Shown: positions 20,128 to 30,751, counted from the first letter of the stretch. The stretch is DNA of 64,000 nucleotides from a bacterium (GCA_963674595.2 CAXXFV010000023.1:800001-864000); one strand, 5' to 3'. Notes: a model not told the origin generated them from the letters alone. Made by a program: numbers and translations.

Positions 20128-20472
20128 ATGGAACTCCCATCTGAAGCCTTGTTGCTGCGAATTTTTATCGGTGAAAGCGACAAATCCGGAAACAGGCCTC
20201 TTTATGAATTGATTGTTGAAGAGGCTCGCAAGTCAGGCATGGCCGGCGCCACCGTTTTAAGGGGATGCCTGGGATTCGGGGCCACCAGCCGCATCCATAC
20301 CTCCAAGGTATTAAGGTTGTCCGAAGATCTGCCCATGGTAGTGGAAATCGTCGATGCCAAGGCCAAAATCGAAGCTCTTCTGCCGAAACTGGACAGTATG
20401 ATCACTGAAGGATTGATCACCCTGGAAAAGGTCCGGATCATCGCCTACCGGCATAGTTCAAAAGAAAAGTAA
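20128..20472 (+). CDS. DUF190 (PII-like) protein
   Basis: LLRIFIGESD, AGATVLRG and LSEDLPMVVEIVD; typical crcB neighbour. Confidence 0.9.
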   Translation: MELPSEALLLRIFIGESDKSGNRPLYELIVEEARKSGMAGATVLRGCLGFGATSRIHTSKVLRLSEDLPMVVEIVDAKAKIEALLPKLDSMITEGLITLEKVRIIAYRHSSKEK

Positions 20473-20539
20473 CAGGGGGCAGGTCACAGGTAGTAGAAAT
20501 TTAAAACCCGGAACCTGCAACCCGCAACCCGCAACTATT

Positions 20540-23497
20540 TCAATCAAACATTGGCTCCAACCTGGTGGTTGGGGGGATGGCCGCCATGTAACGCAGCGAC
20601 CTGTCTCCGAAGAGCTGCTGGCCCGCGATCGGCTGGTCACTCTGGATCCTGATGAATCCGCCTGACTGGGTCGGGAATGCCGGCCATACGTCAGGGTCAG
20701 TCAGGGTCCTGGCAATTCTTTCGCCCGGATCAAGCACCAGGGTCTTTTCCGCAACCTTCCCCTCATCAACCCCGAATGCCTCAATCAACACGGTTGCTGT
20801 TTCGTCTCCGGGATTGTAAAAGGCAAACCCGGTAAATACCGTGTCCAGGTTGGAAATATGGTTGAATACTGCTTCCTGGAACAGCCTGTCCTGCAGGGGC
20901 AGGGACATGGCGTATTCCATGGTATCGCCATCAGCAAAAATAATATCCCCGATGATGCCTCCCATTTCAGTTTCAACAACCAGGGAGCCGGTATGGATGA
21001 CACCCTCACCTTCCAGGCCGAATAGTGTTCCAATGTCGGCACGATAGATGGACCGCATGGGTATATTCACCTGGACGGGATCAGCCAGGGGATTTCCGTT
21101 ATCCCCGATGGCGGTCAGGGTCACCAATCTATCGGATTGTTCAGTGTTAACCAGCCGCAGGTTGGTTACGATATTGGATCCATGAGCCAGCTGGGCTGAA
21201 TAAAGTTTAGTGGCAGGTGTCCGTTCCACCGCGTTCATTCCCAGGGCGGTTCGCACCCCGGGAAATTCAATTCGGGAAAAGCCCACCACTCCCGGCCCTT
21301 CCGTCACCTCGATATCCATGTAGGCATTGATGATTCCCTGGTTGGGGTAAATCAGATCTCCATAGTCTCCCGCGATGAAACCCATGGGAGGAATGGTGTG
21401 GGACCTTATGGAATATCCATTGGAACCCTTTAAAGTGCATTGGATTGTAACTTCTTCATCAGTCGGATTGACAATACACATCTGAATCTCAGGCTGCCAG
21501 CCGGCAAAGAATCCTTCATCCAGGGGCCTGGTGAAAAAGAGCCTCTTTGCATAATGAGACTGGGATTCCGCTCCATCCAGCATTTGCGTATCGCTCACTC
21601 CATACAGGAAGATGCTTCCCATCTTATTGCTGTTCTCAGCCCTCAGTTCAATCCAGGAGAAATCAGTGTGATAAGGATCTCCGTGAAAGAATTCCCAACC
21701 CAGTTTACTCATCTGCCTTCCGGCATTGACCACCTGGTGGTTCTGGCCCTGGGGCTCCATGACTCCATTTGGGTCATAAGCCGCAAGGTCAAGATTAAAG
21801 GCAGAGTCCCCGAAATTGGAAACAACTACCCCGGTAAAATACCCGGGAGCCTGTTTCCAAGCCGGGATAAAAGCCCGGGACAGGGTTCCGGCAACAGCGG
21901 CAGCGGTTTCAGCGCCCTGGCTCTCCAGGTTATTCTGGTTAAGGCTATGAGCCCAGGTAACCGCGTTGACCCGGAATTCATACTCAACACCTGGTTCGAG
22001 ATTGGCTACGGTCAGTTCGGAGCTGTCCTTATCAGCGGCCATCCCGTAATAATTGAAATCAGGATCACCAGCCTGCCGGTAATAGACCTTGTATCCGCCT
22101 TCATTACTGGTGTATGAAATCGGATCCCATGAGACCCTGACCCGGTTTTCCTCGGTTCCAGAGATCTCAGTTACTTCTGCCGTAACACTCTCAGGTTCAA
22201 TGGTCTGGGTATCCAGGAAGTGCCCGGAATGCTTGGTTTCCATGGCGGCCAGGATTGCGGGATTATCAGTGTACAGGCAATTCCAGCTTAAATTCAGGGT
22301 ATCGGGAGGGGTGGCCAGGAAGGCCGGAAGGCCGCCGGAAAGTTTATTGGCGTAGAGGTCCAATCTCTCGAGATTGCCCAGGTTGCCGAGTTCAGCAGGG
22401 ATCTCACCGCTTAAGCTATTGGAGGAGAGGTCTAGTCTCTCGAGGCTGGTCAGGTTTCCAAGTTCTGCTGGTATTTCACCACTTAAATTATCCCTGAAAA
22501 GGACTAACTGCCTAAGACGGGTCAGGTTACCCAGTCCCGGAGGGATCTCCCCATCCAGGCTGTTGTTACTAAGGAACAGTTTTTCCAGGTTGACAAGGCT
22601 GCCAAACTGGGAAGGAATGGGTCCAGTGAAATTATTGTCACTGAGGTACAATTGTTCTAAGCCATGCATATTTCCCAGTCCCTCCGGAATCTCACCAGTC
22701 AATTCATTACTATTGAGCCAGAGTACTCTCAACCCGGTAAGGCTGACGACTTCCACCGGGATCTCACCGGTCAGCGCGCAGTTAGACAAACCCAGGCAGG
22801 TCAGGTTTGCCAGGTTGCCCAGTTCAGGCGGAATTATTCCTCCCAGGCTGTTACCGTCCAGGTACAAAATATCCAGCTCTGCCAGATTCCCCAGTTCCGG
22901 AGGAATTCCACCAGTCAGTTTGTTTGTAAGTAGGTATAGGGCTTCTAGATTCACAAGGTTGCCCAGCTCAGGCGGAATCTCCCCGGTCAGCTGGTTAACC
23001 ATTAAACAAAGTTCCCTCAGGTTTACCAGGCCACAGAGTTCCAGGGGAACAGGTCCGGTCAGCGCGTTTTGACTCAGATTCAAAATCTCAAGATTGTCCA
23101 GGCTTCCTAATGTGGAAGGGATGTTGCCTGTCAGGTCATTGGAAAAAAGATACAACCGCTCCAGGCCGGAAAGATCCCCCAGTTCCTCAGGGATGGGCCC
23201 AGTCAGGCCATTATTACCGATGTAAATCTCCACTACATGTCCACTCTCAACCGTAATTCCATACCAGTCATCGACTGGTTCAGCGGAAAGCCAGTTGGTG
23301 TTGTCTGTCCACCCGGAGCCCCCCGTACCATTGTACAGCGCATACAGGGCCTGGCATTCCGCATCCGGAATTCCGGTGCAGGTCTGGGCGGCGGCTGAAG
23401 GAACTGCTCCTGAAATCACTACTGATAAAATAAGAAATCCCAAAACATGCAGTCTTCTAAAGGGAAACAGAGACCCGTCATAGGTTGGATGGCACAT
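20540..23497 (-). CDS. Secreted LRR protein A: signal, N-cap, 13 plant-type 24-aa LRRs, FN3, C-terminal beta-rich domains
   Basis: LxxLxLxxNxLxGxIPxxLGxL repeats; FN3-like VRVSWD...GGYKVYY...NLEPGVEYEFRVNA; AAGGAAGG RBS before ATG 23497. Confidence 0.9.
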   Translation of the reverse strand: MCHPTYDGSLFPFRRLHVLGFLILSVVISGAVPSAAAQTCTGIPDAECQALYALYNGTGGSGWTDNTNWLSAEPVDDWYGITVESGHVVEIYIGNNGLTGPIPEELGDLSGLERLYLFSNDLTGNIPSTLGSLDNLEILNLSQNALTGPVPLELCGLVNLRELCLMVNQLTGEIPPELGNLVNLEALYLLTNKLTGGIPPELGNLAELDILYLDGNSLGGIIPPELGNLANLTCLGLSNCALTGEIPVEVVSLTGLRVLWLNSNELTGEIPEGLGNMHGLEQLYLSDNNFTGPIPSQFGSLVNLEKLFLSNNSLDGEIPPGLGNLTRLRQLVLFRDNLSGEIPAELGNLTSLERLDLSSNSLSGEIPAELGNLGNLERLDLYANKLSGGLPAFLATPPDTLNLSWNCLYTDNPAILAAMETKHSGHFLDTQTIEPESVTAEVTEISGTEENRVRVSWDPISYTSNEGGYKVYYRQAGDPDFNYYGMAADKDSSELTVANLEPGVEYEFRVNAVTWAHSLNQNNLESQGAETAAAVAGTLSRAFIPAWKQAPGYFTGVVVSNFGDSAFNLDLAAYDPNGVMEPQGQNHQVVNAGRQMSKLGWEFFHGDPYHTDFSWIELRAENSNKMGSIFLYGVSDTQMLDGAESQSHYAKRLFFTRPLDEGFFAGWQPEIQMCIVNPTDEEVTIQCTLKGSNGYSIRSHTIPPMGFIAGDYGDLIYPNQGIINAYMDIEVTEGPGVVGFSRIEFPGVRTALGMNAVERTPATKLYSAQLAHGSNIVTNLRLVNTEQSDRLVTLTAIGDNGNPLADPVQVNIPMRSIYRADIGTLFGLEGEGVIHTGSLVVETEMGGIIGDIIFADGDTMEYAMSLPLQDRLFQEAVFNHISNLDTVFTGFAFYNPGDETATVLIEAFGVDEGKVAEKTLVLDPGERIARTLTDPDVWPAFPTQSGGFIRIQSDQPIAGQQLFGDRSLRYMAAIPPTTRLEPMFD

Positions 23498-25351
23498 GAT
23501 CACCTTCCTTTTTTATTCAATTGTCAGGTTGGCAGCTCAACCAGCCCATATTCAGTAAAACTGGTTAAACACCAATATTGAATTCATTAATCAGAAATTT
23601 ATTCCTCAATCGTCAATCGTCAATCGTCAATCGTCAATTGATAAACATGCCTTCCAACCTGGTGGTTGGGGGGATGGCCGCCATGTAACGCAGCGACCTG
23701 TCTCCGAAGAGCTGCTGGCCCGCGATCGGCTGGTCACTCTGGATCCTGATGAATCCGCCTGACTGGGTCGGGAATGCCGGCCATACGTCAGGGTCAGTCA
23801 GGGTCCTGGCAATTCTTTCGCCCGGATCAAGCACCAGGGTCTTTTCCGCAACCTTCCCCTCATCAACCCCGAATGCCTCAATCAGCACGGTTGCTGTTTC
23901 GTCTCCGGGATTGTAAAAGGCAAACCCGGTAAATACCGTGTCCAGGTTGGAAATATGGTTGAATACTGCTTCCTGGAACAGCCTGTCCTGCAGGGGCAGG
24001 GACATGGCGTATTCCATGGTATCGCCATCGGCAAAAATAATATCCCCGATGATGCCTCCCATTTCAGTTTCAACAACCAGGGAGCCGGTATGGATGACAC
24101 CCTCACCTTCCAGGCCGAATAGTGTTCCAATGTCGGCACGATAGATGGACCGCATGGGTATATTCACCTGGACGGGATCAGCCAGGGGATTTCCGTTATC
24201 CCCGATGGCGGTCAGGGTCACAATTCTACTGGATAATTCAGTGTTGACCAGCCGCAGGTTGGTTACGATATTGGATCCATGAGCCAGCTGGGCTGAATAA
24301 AGTTTAGTGGCAGGTGTCCGTTCCACCGCGTTCATTCCCAGGGCGGTTCGCACCCCGGGAAATTCAATTCGGGAAAAGCCCACCACTCCCGGCCCTTCCG
24401 TCACCTCAATATCCATGTAGGCATTGATGATTCCCTGGTTGGGGTAAATCAGATCTCCATAGTCTCCCGCGATGAAACCCATGGGAGGAATGGTGTGGGA
24501 CCTTATGGAATATCCATTGGAACCCTTTAAAGTGCATTGGATTGTAACTTCTTCATCAGTCGGATTGACAATACACATCTGAATCTCAGGCTGCCAGCCG
24601 GCAAAGAATCCTTCATCCAGGGGCCTGGTGAAAAAGAGCCTCTTTGCATAATGAGACTGGGATTCCGCTCCATCCAGCATTTGCGTATCGCTCACTCCAT
24701 ACAGGAAGATGCTTCCCATCTTATTGCTGTTCTCAGCCCCCAGTTCAATCCAGGAGAAATCAGTGTGATAAGGATCTCCGTGAAAGAATTCCCAACCCAG
24801 TTTACTCATCTGCCGTCCGGCATTGACAACCTGATGGTTCTGGCCCTGGGGCTCCATGACTCCATTTGGGTCATAAGCCGCAAGGTCAAGATTAAAGGCA
24901 GAGTCCCCGAAATTGGAAACCACCACCCCGGTAAAATACCCGGGAGCCTGTTTCCAGTTTGGGATAAAAGCCCGGGACAGGGTTCCGGCAACGGCGGCAG
25001 CGGTTTCGCTGCCCTGGCTCTCCAGGTTATTCTGGTTAAGGCTATGAGCCCAGGTAACCGCGTTGACCCGGAATTCATACTCAACACCTGGTTCGAGATT
25101 GGCTACGGTCAGTTCGGAGCTGTCCTTATCAGCGGCCATCCCGTAATAATAGAAATCAGGATCACCAGCTTGCCGGTAATAGACCTTGTATCCTCCTTCA
25201 TTACTGGTGTATGAAATCGGATCCCATGAGACCCTGACCCGGTTTTCCTCGGTTCCCGAGATTTCAGTTACTTCTGCCGTAACATTCTCCGGTTCAATGG
25301 TCTGGGTATCCAGGAAGTGCCCGGAATGCTTGGTTTCCATGGCGGCCAGGA
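20556..25351. repeat. About 1.7-kb near-identical direct repeat (20556-22252 vs 23653-25349, offset 3097)
   Basis: The 3' constant regions of the two LRR genes align base for base with only scattered substitutions. Confidence 0.92.
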
Positions 25352-26486
25352 CCATTGGATCAGAGGCGTGAAGACAATTCCAGCTTAAACTAACATTATC
25401 GGGAGGAGAAGCAAAAAAATTCGGCAGATCGCCGGAAAAAGCGTTGGAGGAGAGGTGTAACCTCCAAAGATTGTTCAAGTTGCCCAGCCCTGGAGGAATC
25501 TCTCCGGTTAACTCATTTTGACTGAGTTGAATATCTTGAAGATTGCTCAAAGTGCCCAGTTCAGGAGGTATCTCACCATATAAACTATTTCTAGCTAGGT
25601 ATAACCGTTCAAGATTACTCAAGTTACACAGCGCATCCGGAATCTCACCAGTTAGATTATTATCGTATAGGCTTAACGTTGTAAGACTGGCCAGGTTGCC
25701 CAGTTCAGCCGGTATCTCACCAGTCAAGCCATTAGTACTAAGCCCTAGCGATAAAAGATTTGTCAGGCTGCCCAGCCCTGGAGGAATCCCGCCGGTTAAC
25801 TCATTTTCACTGAGTTGAATATCTTGAAGATTGCTCAAGGTGCCCAGTTCAGGAGGTATCTCACCACTTAAACTATTACTAGTTAGGTATAACCTCTTAA
25901 GGTTGATCAAGTTACCCAGCGCATCCGGAATCTCGCCAGTTAGATTATTGTCGTATAGGCTTAACGTTGTAAGACTGGTCAGGTTGCCCAGCTCAACCGG
26001 AATCTCACCACTTAAACTATTGCTGAAGATGTATAATCCATCAAGATCGGTCAGATTGCCCAGTTCTGGGGGAATCCCTCCAGTTAAATTATTTTCACCG
26101 AGTTCCAACGCTGTAAGGCTGGTCAGGTTGCCCAGTTCAGGAGGTATCTCACCAGATAAACTATTTCCGGTGAGGTGTAATCCCTCAAGACTGGTCAGGT
26201 TGCCCAGCGCAACCGGAATCTCACCACTTAAACTATTAAAAGAAAGGCCTAACCTTTCAAGACTGGTCAGGTTTCCCAACTCAACTGGAACTGTTCCAGC
26301 CAGTCCATTTTGGGAAAGCCAGATTCTCACTACATGTCCACTCTCAACCGTAATTCCATACCAGTCATCGACTGGTTCAGCGGAAAGCCAGTTGGTGTTG
26401 TCTGTCCACCCGGAGCCCCCCGTACCATTGTACAGCGCATACAGGGCCTGGCATTCCGCATCCGGAATTCCGGTGCAGGTCTGGGC
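23231..26486. repeat. 159-bp identical direct repeat (23231-23389 = 26328-26486, offset 3097)
   Basis: Encodes the N-cap AQTCTGIPDAECQALYALY...ESGHVV in both genes; read as identical at DNA level. Confidence 0.92.
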
Positions 26487-26594
26487 TGCAGCCGGAGATG
26501 CTAAGGCAAAAATGGGTAAAACAAACAGTAATACCCGATACATAATTGATCTGTGGAGAAAAATTGGAGAAATTTTACATGGTTCACAGCACAT
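23634..26594 (-). CDS. Secreted LRR protein B, tandem paralog of A
   Basis: Same architecture and repeat count as A; AAGGAAGG RBS before ATG 26594. Confidence 0.9.
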   Translation of the reverse strand: MCCEPCKISPIFLHRSIMYRVLLFVLPIFALASPAAAQTCTGIPDAECQALYALYNGTGGSGWTDNTNWLSAEPVDDWYGITVESGHVVRIWLSQNGLAGTVPVELGNLTSLERLGLSFNSLSGEIPVALGNLTSLEGLHLTGNSLSGEIPPELGNLTSLTALELGENNLTGGIPPELGNLTDLDGLYIFSNSLSGEIPVELGNLTSLTTLSLYDNNLTGEIPDALGNLINLKRLYLTSNSLSGEIPPELGTLSNLQDIQLSENELTGGIPPGLGSLTNLLSLGLSTNGLTGEIPAELGNLASLTTLSLYDNNLTGEIPDALCNLSNLERLYLARNSLYGEIPPELGTLSNLQDIQLSQNELTGEIPPGLGNLNNLWRLHLSSNAFSGDLPNFFASPPDNVSLSWNCLHASDPMVLAAMETKHSGHFLDTQTIEPENVTAEVTEISGTEENRVRVSWDPISYTSNEGGYKVYYRQAGDPDFYYYGMAADKDSSELTVANLEPGVEYEFRVNAVTWAHSLNQNNLESQGSETAAAVAGTLSRAFIPNWKQAPGYFTGVVVSNFGDSAFNLDLAAYDPNGVMEPQGQNHQVVNAGRQMSKLGWEFFHGDPYHTDFSWIELGAENSNKMGSIFLYGVSDTQMLDGAESQSHYAKRLFFTRPLDEGFFAGWQPEIQMCIVNPTDEEVTIQCTLKGSNGYSIRSHTIPPMGFIAGDYGDLIYPNQGIINAYMDIEVTEGPGVVGFSRIEFPGVRTALGMNAVERTPATKLYSAQLAHGSNIVTNLRLVNTELSSRIVTLTAIGDNGNPLADPVQVNIPMRSIYRADIGTLFGLEGEGVIHTGSLVVETEMGGIIGDIIFADGDTMEYAMSLPLQDRLFQEAVFNHISNLDTVFTGFAFYNPGDETATVLIEAFGVDEGKVAEKTLVLDPGERIARTLTDPDVWPAFPTQSGGFIRIQSDQPIAGQQLFGDRSLRYMAAIPPTTRLEGMFIN

Positions 26595-26815
26595 GATTAA
26601 GCACCTTCCTTTATTTAAATATAAATAACCCGAACCGGAATTCACCCGGATGAGTCAATACTATTCAATAAAAAAGCCTTATATCCTGTTGAAAATGCCG
26701 TGTGTCTCATCCGGCTGGAGCATGCCTGATCAGCAGCTTGATAAGAGATGTAGTTCCGGTTCAGCTGAAGCCCCAAAAGTGTGTCTGTACCCAACCTCTA
26801 ATCTATGAAGAAATT

Positions 26816-27637
26816 TTACGCCTTGCGCATGGAAATTGTAAATGATGAATTAATGCCTTCCATGCGGATTCCGAACTCCGGAAATGACTCCTGGTGAATG
26901 GTTATTTCCTGAAATCCCGCTTGGCGAATATGGTCAAGAAGGGATCTTTTTGAAAAAAGACGCATTTCCAGGGTGGACCCCTTCCCTCCATGAAAGATAA
27001 GATCTTTAAAAACCTGCTCCTGCCCTTCGCGTGTCCTGTTCACCAAGATCCTCTTCTCACCCTTGCCTTCAATCCTGCAACTGTGGAGGTCAGGAAAATG
27101 TTCAATGGTCAGTCCCTCATTTTTATAAGGAACGGTTAATACGCAAAGGCCATTCGGTTTCAGCAATTTAAACAGGTTCTCAAAGGCTGTTTCAACCGGA
27201 GGGGGAACATGTTCAAGGACTTCGCTCGTTATCACAAAATCTGCGGTTCCCTGCAGATCATCGCTTATATCGGTAATGTCCAGCCTGGGGCGCTTGTGGT
27301 AAAAAGTGTTGGTGTAGGAGAATTTTTTTCCCAGAGGCCGGGCATAAACGGGGGAATCACTTATTCCGATTCCCACCAAGCCCCTGGATCCAGGCATGTC
27401 CGTGATCGGGACTATTTCGCCAAACAGCTCTTTAGATAAAACCGCGATTATGGACCTGAACCTGAGGTTGGAGCCGCAAAAATAACAGGAAGGAGCTTCC
27501 CTGTCAGTGATTGCGGAAACAGGGGAAACAGGGAATTTACCGCAGATATTGCAGCGGAACCCATAAAGATCTTTATCCGAATAACGCCTCGCCAGTAAAA
27601 ACTCAAGATGCATTCTTCGGTATTGAATCTTAATCAT
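26816..27637 (-). CDS. Class I SAM-dependent methyltransferase-like protein with N-terminal CxxC pairs
   Basis: CNICG...CYFCGS, LDIT, DFVITSEVLEHVP and LLKPNG motifs. Confidence 0.78.
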   Translation of the reverse strand: MIKIQYRRMHLEFLLARRYSDKDLYGFRCNICGKFPVSPVSAITDREAPSCYFCGSNLRFRSIIAVLSKELFGEIVPITDMPGSRGLVGIGISDSPVYARPLGKKFSYTNTFYHKRPRLDITDISDDLQGTADFVITSEVLEHVPPPVETAFENLFKLLKPNGLCVLTVPYKNEGLTIEHFPDLHSCRIEGKGEKRILVNRTREGQEQVFKDLIFHGGKGSTLEMRLFSKRSLLDHIRQAGFQEITIHQESFPEFGIRMEGINSSFTISMRKA

Positions 27638-27692
27638 AGGTGATTACTGCCAGTTTCCCTCGATTGAGAGGAAATAATAATCGTTTTATTTT

Positions 27693-27989
27693 TTACCTGT
27701 GCCGCGACTCCAGTTCCCTTACCACCTCCTGCAGGGTTAGATCCTGCTCAACCAGCAGTACCAGCAGGTGATAAACAAGGTCCGCGGATTCCGATACAGT
27801 GCGTTCTCTGGATTCCAGGGTGGAGACCATGACCTCCACCGCTTCCTCCCCTACCTTGCGGATAATTTCCGGAAGCCCTTTCTCAAACAGGGAATTAGTG
27901 TAGGACCCCTTTGCCGGATGTTCCTTTCTGTCCCTGATAAGTGCTTCCAGGCTGTTTAAAAAATCCAGGTTGTTGCTTCTCTTTTCCAT
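27693..27989 (-). CDS. hisE: Phosphoribosyl-ATP pyrophosphohydrolase
   Basis: GSYT..LF, KVGEEAVE and ESADLVYHLLVLL motifs. Confidence 0.93.
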   Translation of the reverse strand: MEKRSNNLDFLNSLEALIRDRKEHPAKGSYTNSLFEKGLPEIIRKVGEEAVEVMVSTLESRERTVSESADLVYHLLVLLVEQDLTLQEVVRELESRHR

Positions 27990-28039
27990 AGTATCCAGTC
28001 TACAGCCGCTCTCATGCCGCTGGTTTTATCAATTTCCCC

Positions 28040-28795
28040 CTACATACGCATGGTCACACCATGCTCCTGCAGGTATTCCTTTACCGACCTGATCGTGTAT
28101 TCCTGGTAATGAAAAATACTGGCAGCCAGGACTGCGTCGGCGTTCCCTTCGGTAAAACCCTTCAGCAGATGCTCCGGAGATCCGGCACCTCCTGATGCAA
28201 TCACCGGAATCCTGACCAGTTCTGAAATCCTGTTTAATAATTCCAGGTCATATCCGTCCTTGGTCCCGTCACAATCCATGGATGTCAGCAGGATTTCCCC
28301 GGCGCCCAGCCTTTCAGCTTCACAGATCCAGGCAATGGCATCCTTCCCGGTCGGCCATCTCCCGCCGCCGACATACACTTCCCAGCTCTCTCCGACCCTC
28401 TTGGCGTCAACTGCCACAACAATGCACTGGGAACCGAAGGCCCTGGAGCATTCCCTGATGAGTTGAGGATTCTTCACCGCGGAACTGTTGATTGAAACCT
28501 TGTCAGCCCCGGCCCTTAACAGTTCCTGGACCTGTCCTAGGCTGCTGATGCCCCCGCCAACCGTAAATGGTATAAAAATGGTGTCCGCTACTCTGCGGAC
28601 CCATTCCAGCATGGTCTGCCGCTTTTCCACGGTTGCCGTTATGTCCAGGAAAACCAGCTCATCGGCACCTTCCCGGTAGTAGCGCCCTCCCAGCTCGGCC
28701 GGGTCTCCGGCATCCCGGAGGTCTACAAAATTGATGCCCTTGACTACCCGCCCGTCAGCCACATCCAGGCAGGGAATGATCCGCTTAGCCAGCAT
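28040..28795 (-). CDS. hisF: Imidazole glycerol phosphate synthase cyclase subunit
   Basis: [23 protein letters not shown] and IASGGAG motifs. Confidence 0.97.
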   Translation of the reverse strand: MLAKRIIPCLDVADGRVVKGINFVDLRDAGDPAELGGRYYREGADELVFLDITATVEKRQTMLEWVRRVADTIFIPFTVGGGISSLGQVQELLRAGADKVSINSSAVKNPQLIRECSRAFGSQCIVVAVDAKRVGESWEVYVGGGRWPTGKDAIAWICEAERLGAGEILLTSMDCDGTKDGYDLELLNRISELVRIPVIASGGAGSPEHLLKGFTEGNADAVLAASIFHYQEYTIRSVKEYLQEHGVTMRM

Positions 28796-29504
28796 TCAGG
28801 AAATCCTCCATTGTGAAATTACCTTCATAAAGAGCCCGGCCCACTACCGCTCCGCTTACACCGTTTTCAGACAGAACCTGTACGTGCTCCGGAGAGCATA
28901 CGCCGCCGGCTGCAATAAGAAAAGCATCGTCAGGAAGAAGAGATAAAAGCAGTTCCATGGTTTTCAGATTAGGCTGCTCCATGGTCCCGTCTTTTTCAAT
29001 GTCAGTGCAGATAACCTGGCGGATACCCCAGCCGCTTATCCGCCTGACAATTGACTCCAGCGGCTCTTCACTCTGCTCCATCCAGCCGGAGGTCCGCATT
29101 TTCCCGTCCTTTACATCCAGGCTGACAATAAAACGATCCGCCCCGAAAGCCTTGATCCAGTCTTCTACCCTGTCTGGAGTATCCGCGACCGCGGTACTGA
29201 TAATCAGGTACTCAACCCCGCCTTCAATTAACTGATCCACGTCTTCACGGCTGCGGATACCGCCTCCAACCTGCATGGGGAGACGGCAAGCCTTCCGGAT
29301 ACCTGACACGGTTTTCCGCTGCCTTCCCTTTCCGTCCCTGGCTCCTTCCAGGTCAATCACATGGATTCTTTCAAATCCAGCGTCCTGGTATTTCCGGGCC
29401 TGCTCAACCGGGTCTATCTCATACCTGGTCTCAGCCCCGTAGTCGCCCTTGAGCAGCCTTACACATGCTCCTCCAATTACATCTATCGCCGGAATTACTA
29501 ACAT
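28785..29504 (-). CDS. hisA: ProFAR isomerase
   Basis: [27 protein letters not shown] and TDIEKDG motifs. Confidence 0.95.
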   Translation of the reverse strand: MLVIPAIDVIGGACVRLLKGDYGAETRYEIDPVEQARKYQDAGFERIHVIDLEGARDGKGRQRKTVSGIRKACRLPMQVGGGIRSREDVDQLIEGGVEYLIISTAVADTPDRVEDWIKAFGADRFIVSLDVKDGKMRTSGWMEQSEEPLESIVRRISGWGIRQVICTDIEKDGTMEQPNLKTMELLLSLLPDDAFLIAAGGVCSPEHVQVLSENGVSGAVVGRALYEGNFTMEDFLNAG

Positions 29505-29518
29505 AAATCAGGTTACCT

Positions 29519-30124
29519 TTATAAATTCACAAAATTGTTAAGAAGTTTCAGCCCTGTTTCACCGGAGCGTTCCGGGTGAAACTGCAAGCCGAAATAATTA
29601 CCCTTCCTGACCGCGGAGGAAAAAACCCCGTTATACTCGGTAGACGCAAGTGTTACACCATTTGAAACCGGGGCAAAATAGCTGTGTACAAAATAATAAA
29701 AACCGTTGTCCGGAATGTCCTTAAGCAAGTTATCCTTTAAGCCGGAACAGGCCGCCTGGTCCCATTCAACCTGGTTCCACCCCATGTGCGGCACCTTCAC
29801 GTCTCTGCGGTCAAAAAGCTTTACAGTTCCGGGTAAAACTCCCAGGCATTCCACGTTGTCTTCTTCTGACGTTTCAAAAAGAAGCTGCAGTCCCAGGCAA
29901 ATACCGAGAAAGGGAACCCTCAAGTCCCTTATAACCTGGCACAGCCCTTTTTCCTCTAATGAATCCATGGCAGCCCTGGCCGATCCGACACCCGGAAGGA
30001 TTACCTTATCCGCGGTACAGATTATCTCGGGGTCAGAGGTAAAAACATGATTCACCCCCAGGTGTTTCAGGGCCAGGCCCACGTTATACAAATTACCGGC
30101 TTTGTAATCAATTACTGCTATCAT
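29519..30124 (-). CDS. hisH: Imidazole glycerol phosphate synthase glutaminase subunit
   Basis: IDYKAGNL, LPGVG, GICLG and QFHPE motifs. Confidence 0.96.
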   Translation of the reverse strand: MIAVIDYKAGNLYNVGLALKHLGVNHVFTSDPEIICTADKVILPGVGSARAAMDSLEEKGLCQVIRDLRVPFLGICLGLQLLFETSEEDNVECLGVLPGTVKLFDRRDVKVPHMGWNQVEWDQAACSGLKDNLLKDIPDNGFYYFVHSYFAPVSNGVTLASTEYNGVFSSAVRKGNYFGLQFHPERSGETGLKLLNNFVNL

Positions 30125-30133
30125 AATTCCCTT

Positions 30134-30751
30134 CTACAGGAGTCCTTTGGTTGAAGGGATCCTTCCAGGATCGGCACTACCGCTTCGGTTGATGCTCACC
30201 GCAAGCCGCAGGGCCCGCCCGAAAGCCTTGAACATTGCCTCCACCTTGTGGTGTTCATTTTCACCCTGGTTCATGAATTTGAAGTGCAGTGTCAAACGCG
30301 CTTCACAGGCCAGTGAGTAAAAAAAGTGGTTGACCATATCGGTTGGCATCTCGCCCAGGCTGTCGCGGACAGGTTTGTAATCCGAGACATAATAAATCCT
30401 TCCGCTCAAATCCAGGGCCGCAATCGCCATGGTTTCATCCATCGGCAGCAGGAAATATCCATACCTCTCTATTCCCCTCTTGTCCCCCAGCGCTTCCGCG
30501 AGAGCCTGTCCCAGCGCAATTCCCACATCCTCTATGGTGTGGTGGGCATCTACGTTCAGGTCTCCTTCAGCTTTAACCCGCAAGTCAATCCCTGAATGCC
30601 AGGCCAGCAGGTTAAGCATATGGTCCAGGAATCCCACTCCGGTGCTGATATCAGATTCCCCGCTTCCGTCCAGGTTGATTTCCAGGGAAATCCTGGTTTC
30701 ACCGGTCTCCCTGGTTATCTTGGCGGTTCTTTTAGCGTTATCTTTACTCAT
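30134..30751 (-). CDS. hisB: Imidazoleglycerol-phosphate dehydratase (monofunctional)
   Basis: RETGET, GFLDHML, DAHHTIED, ENEHHKVE and PSTKG motifs; no N-terminal phosphatase domain. Confidence 0.96.
   Translation of the reverse strand: MSKDNAKRTAKITRETGETRISLEINLDGSGESDISTGVGFLDHMLNLLAWHSGIDLRVKAEGDLNVDAHHTIEDVGIALGQALAEALGDKRGIERYGYFLLPMDETMAIAALDLSGRIYYVSDYKPVRDSLGEMPTDMVNHFFYSLACEARLTLHFKFMNQGENEHHKVEAMFKAFGRALRLAVSINRSGSADPGRIPSTKGLL

Noticed and set aside
22253-26327. Diversity-generating retroelement as the cause of LRR variation
   Set aside because: No reverse transcriptase, no template/variable repeat pair with adenine-specific differences, and the variation is internal rather than C-terminal.
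21440-26628. Long plus-strand ORFs (21440-22117, 22374-23072, 24537-25214, 25831-26628)
   Set aside because: Antisense shadows of the LRR genes; their duplication just mirrors the repeated DNA.
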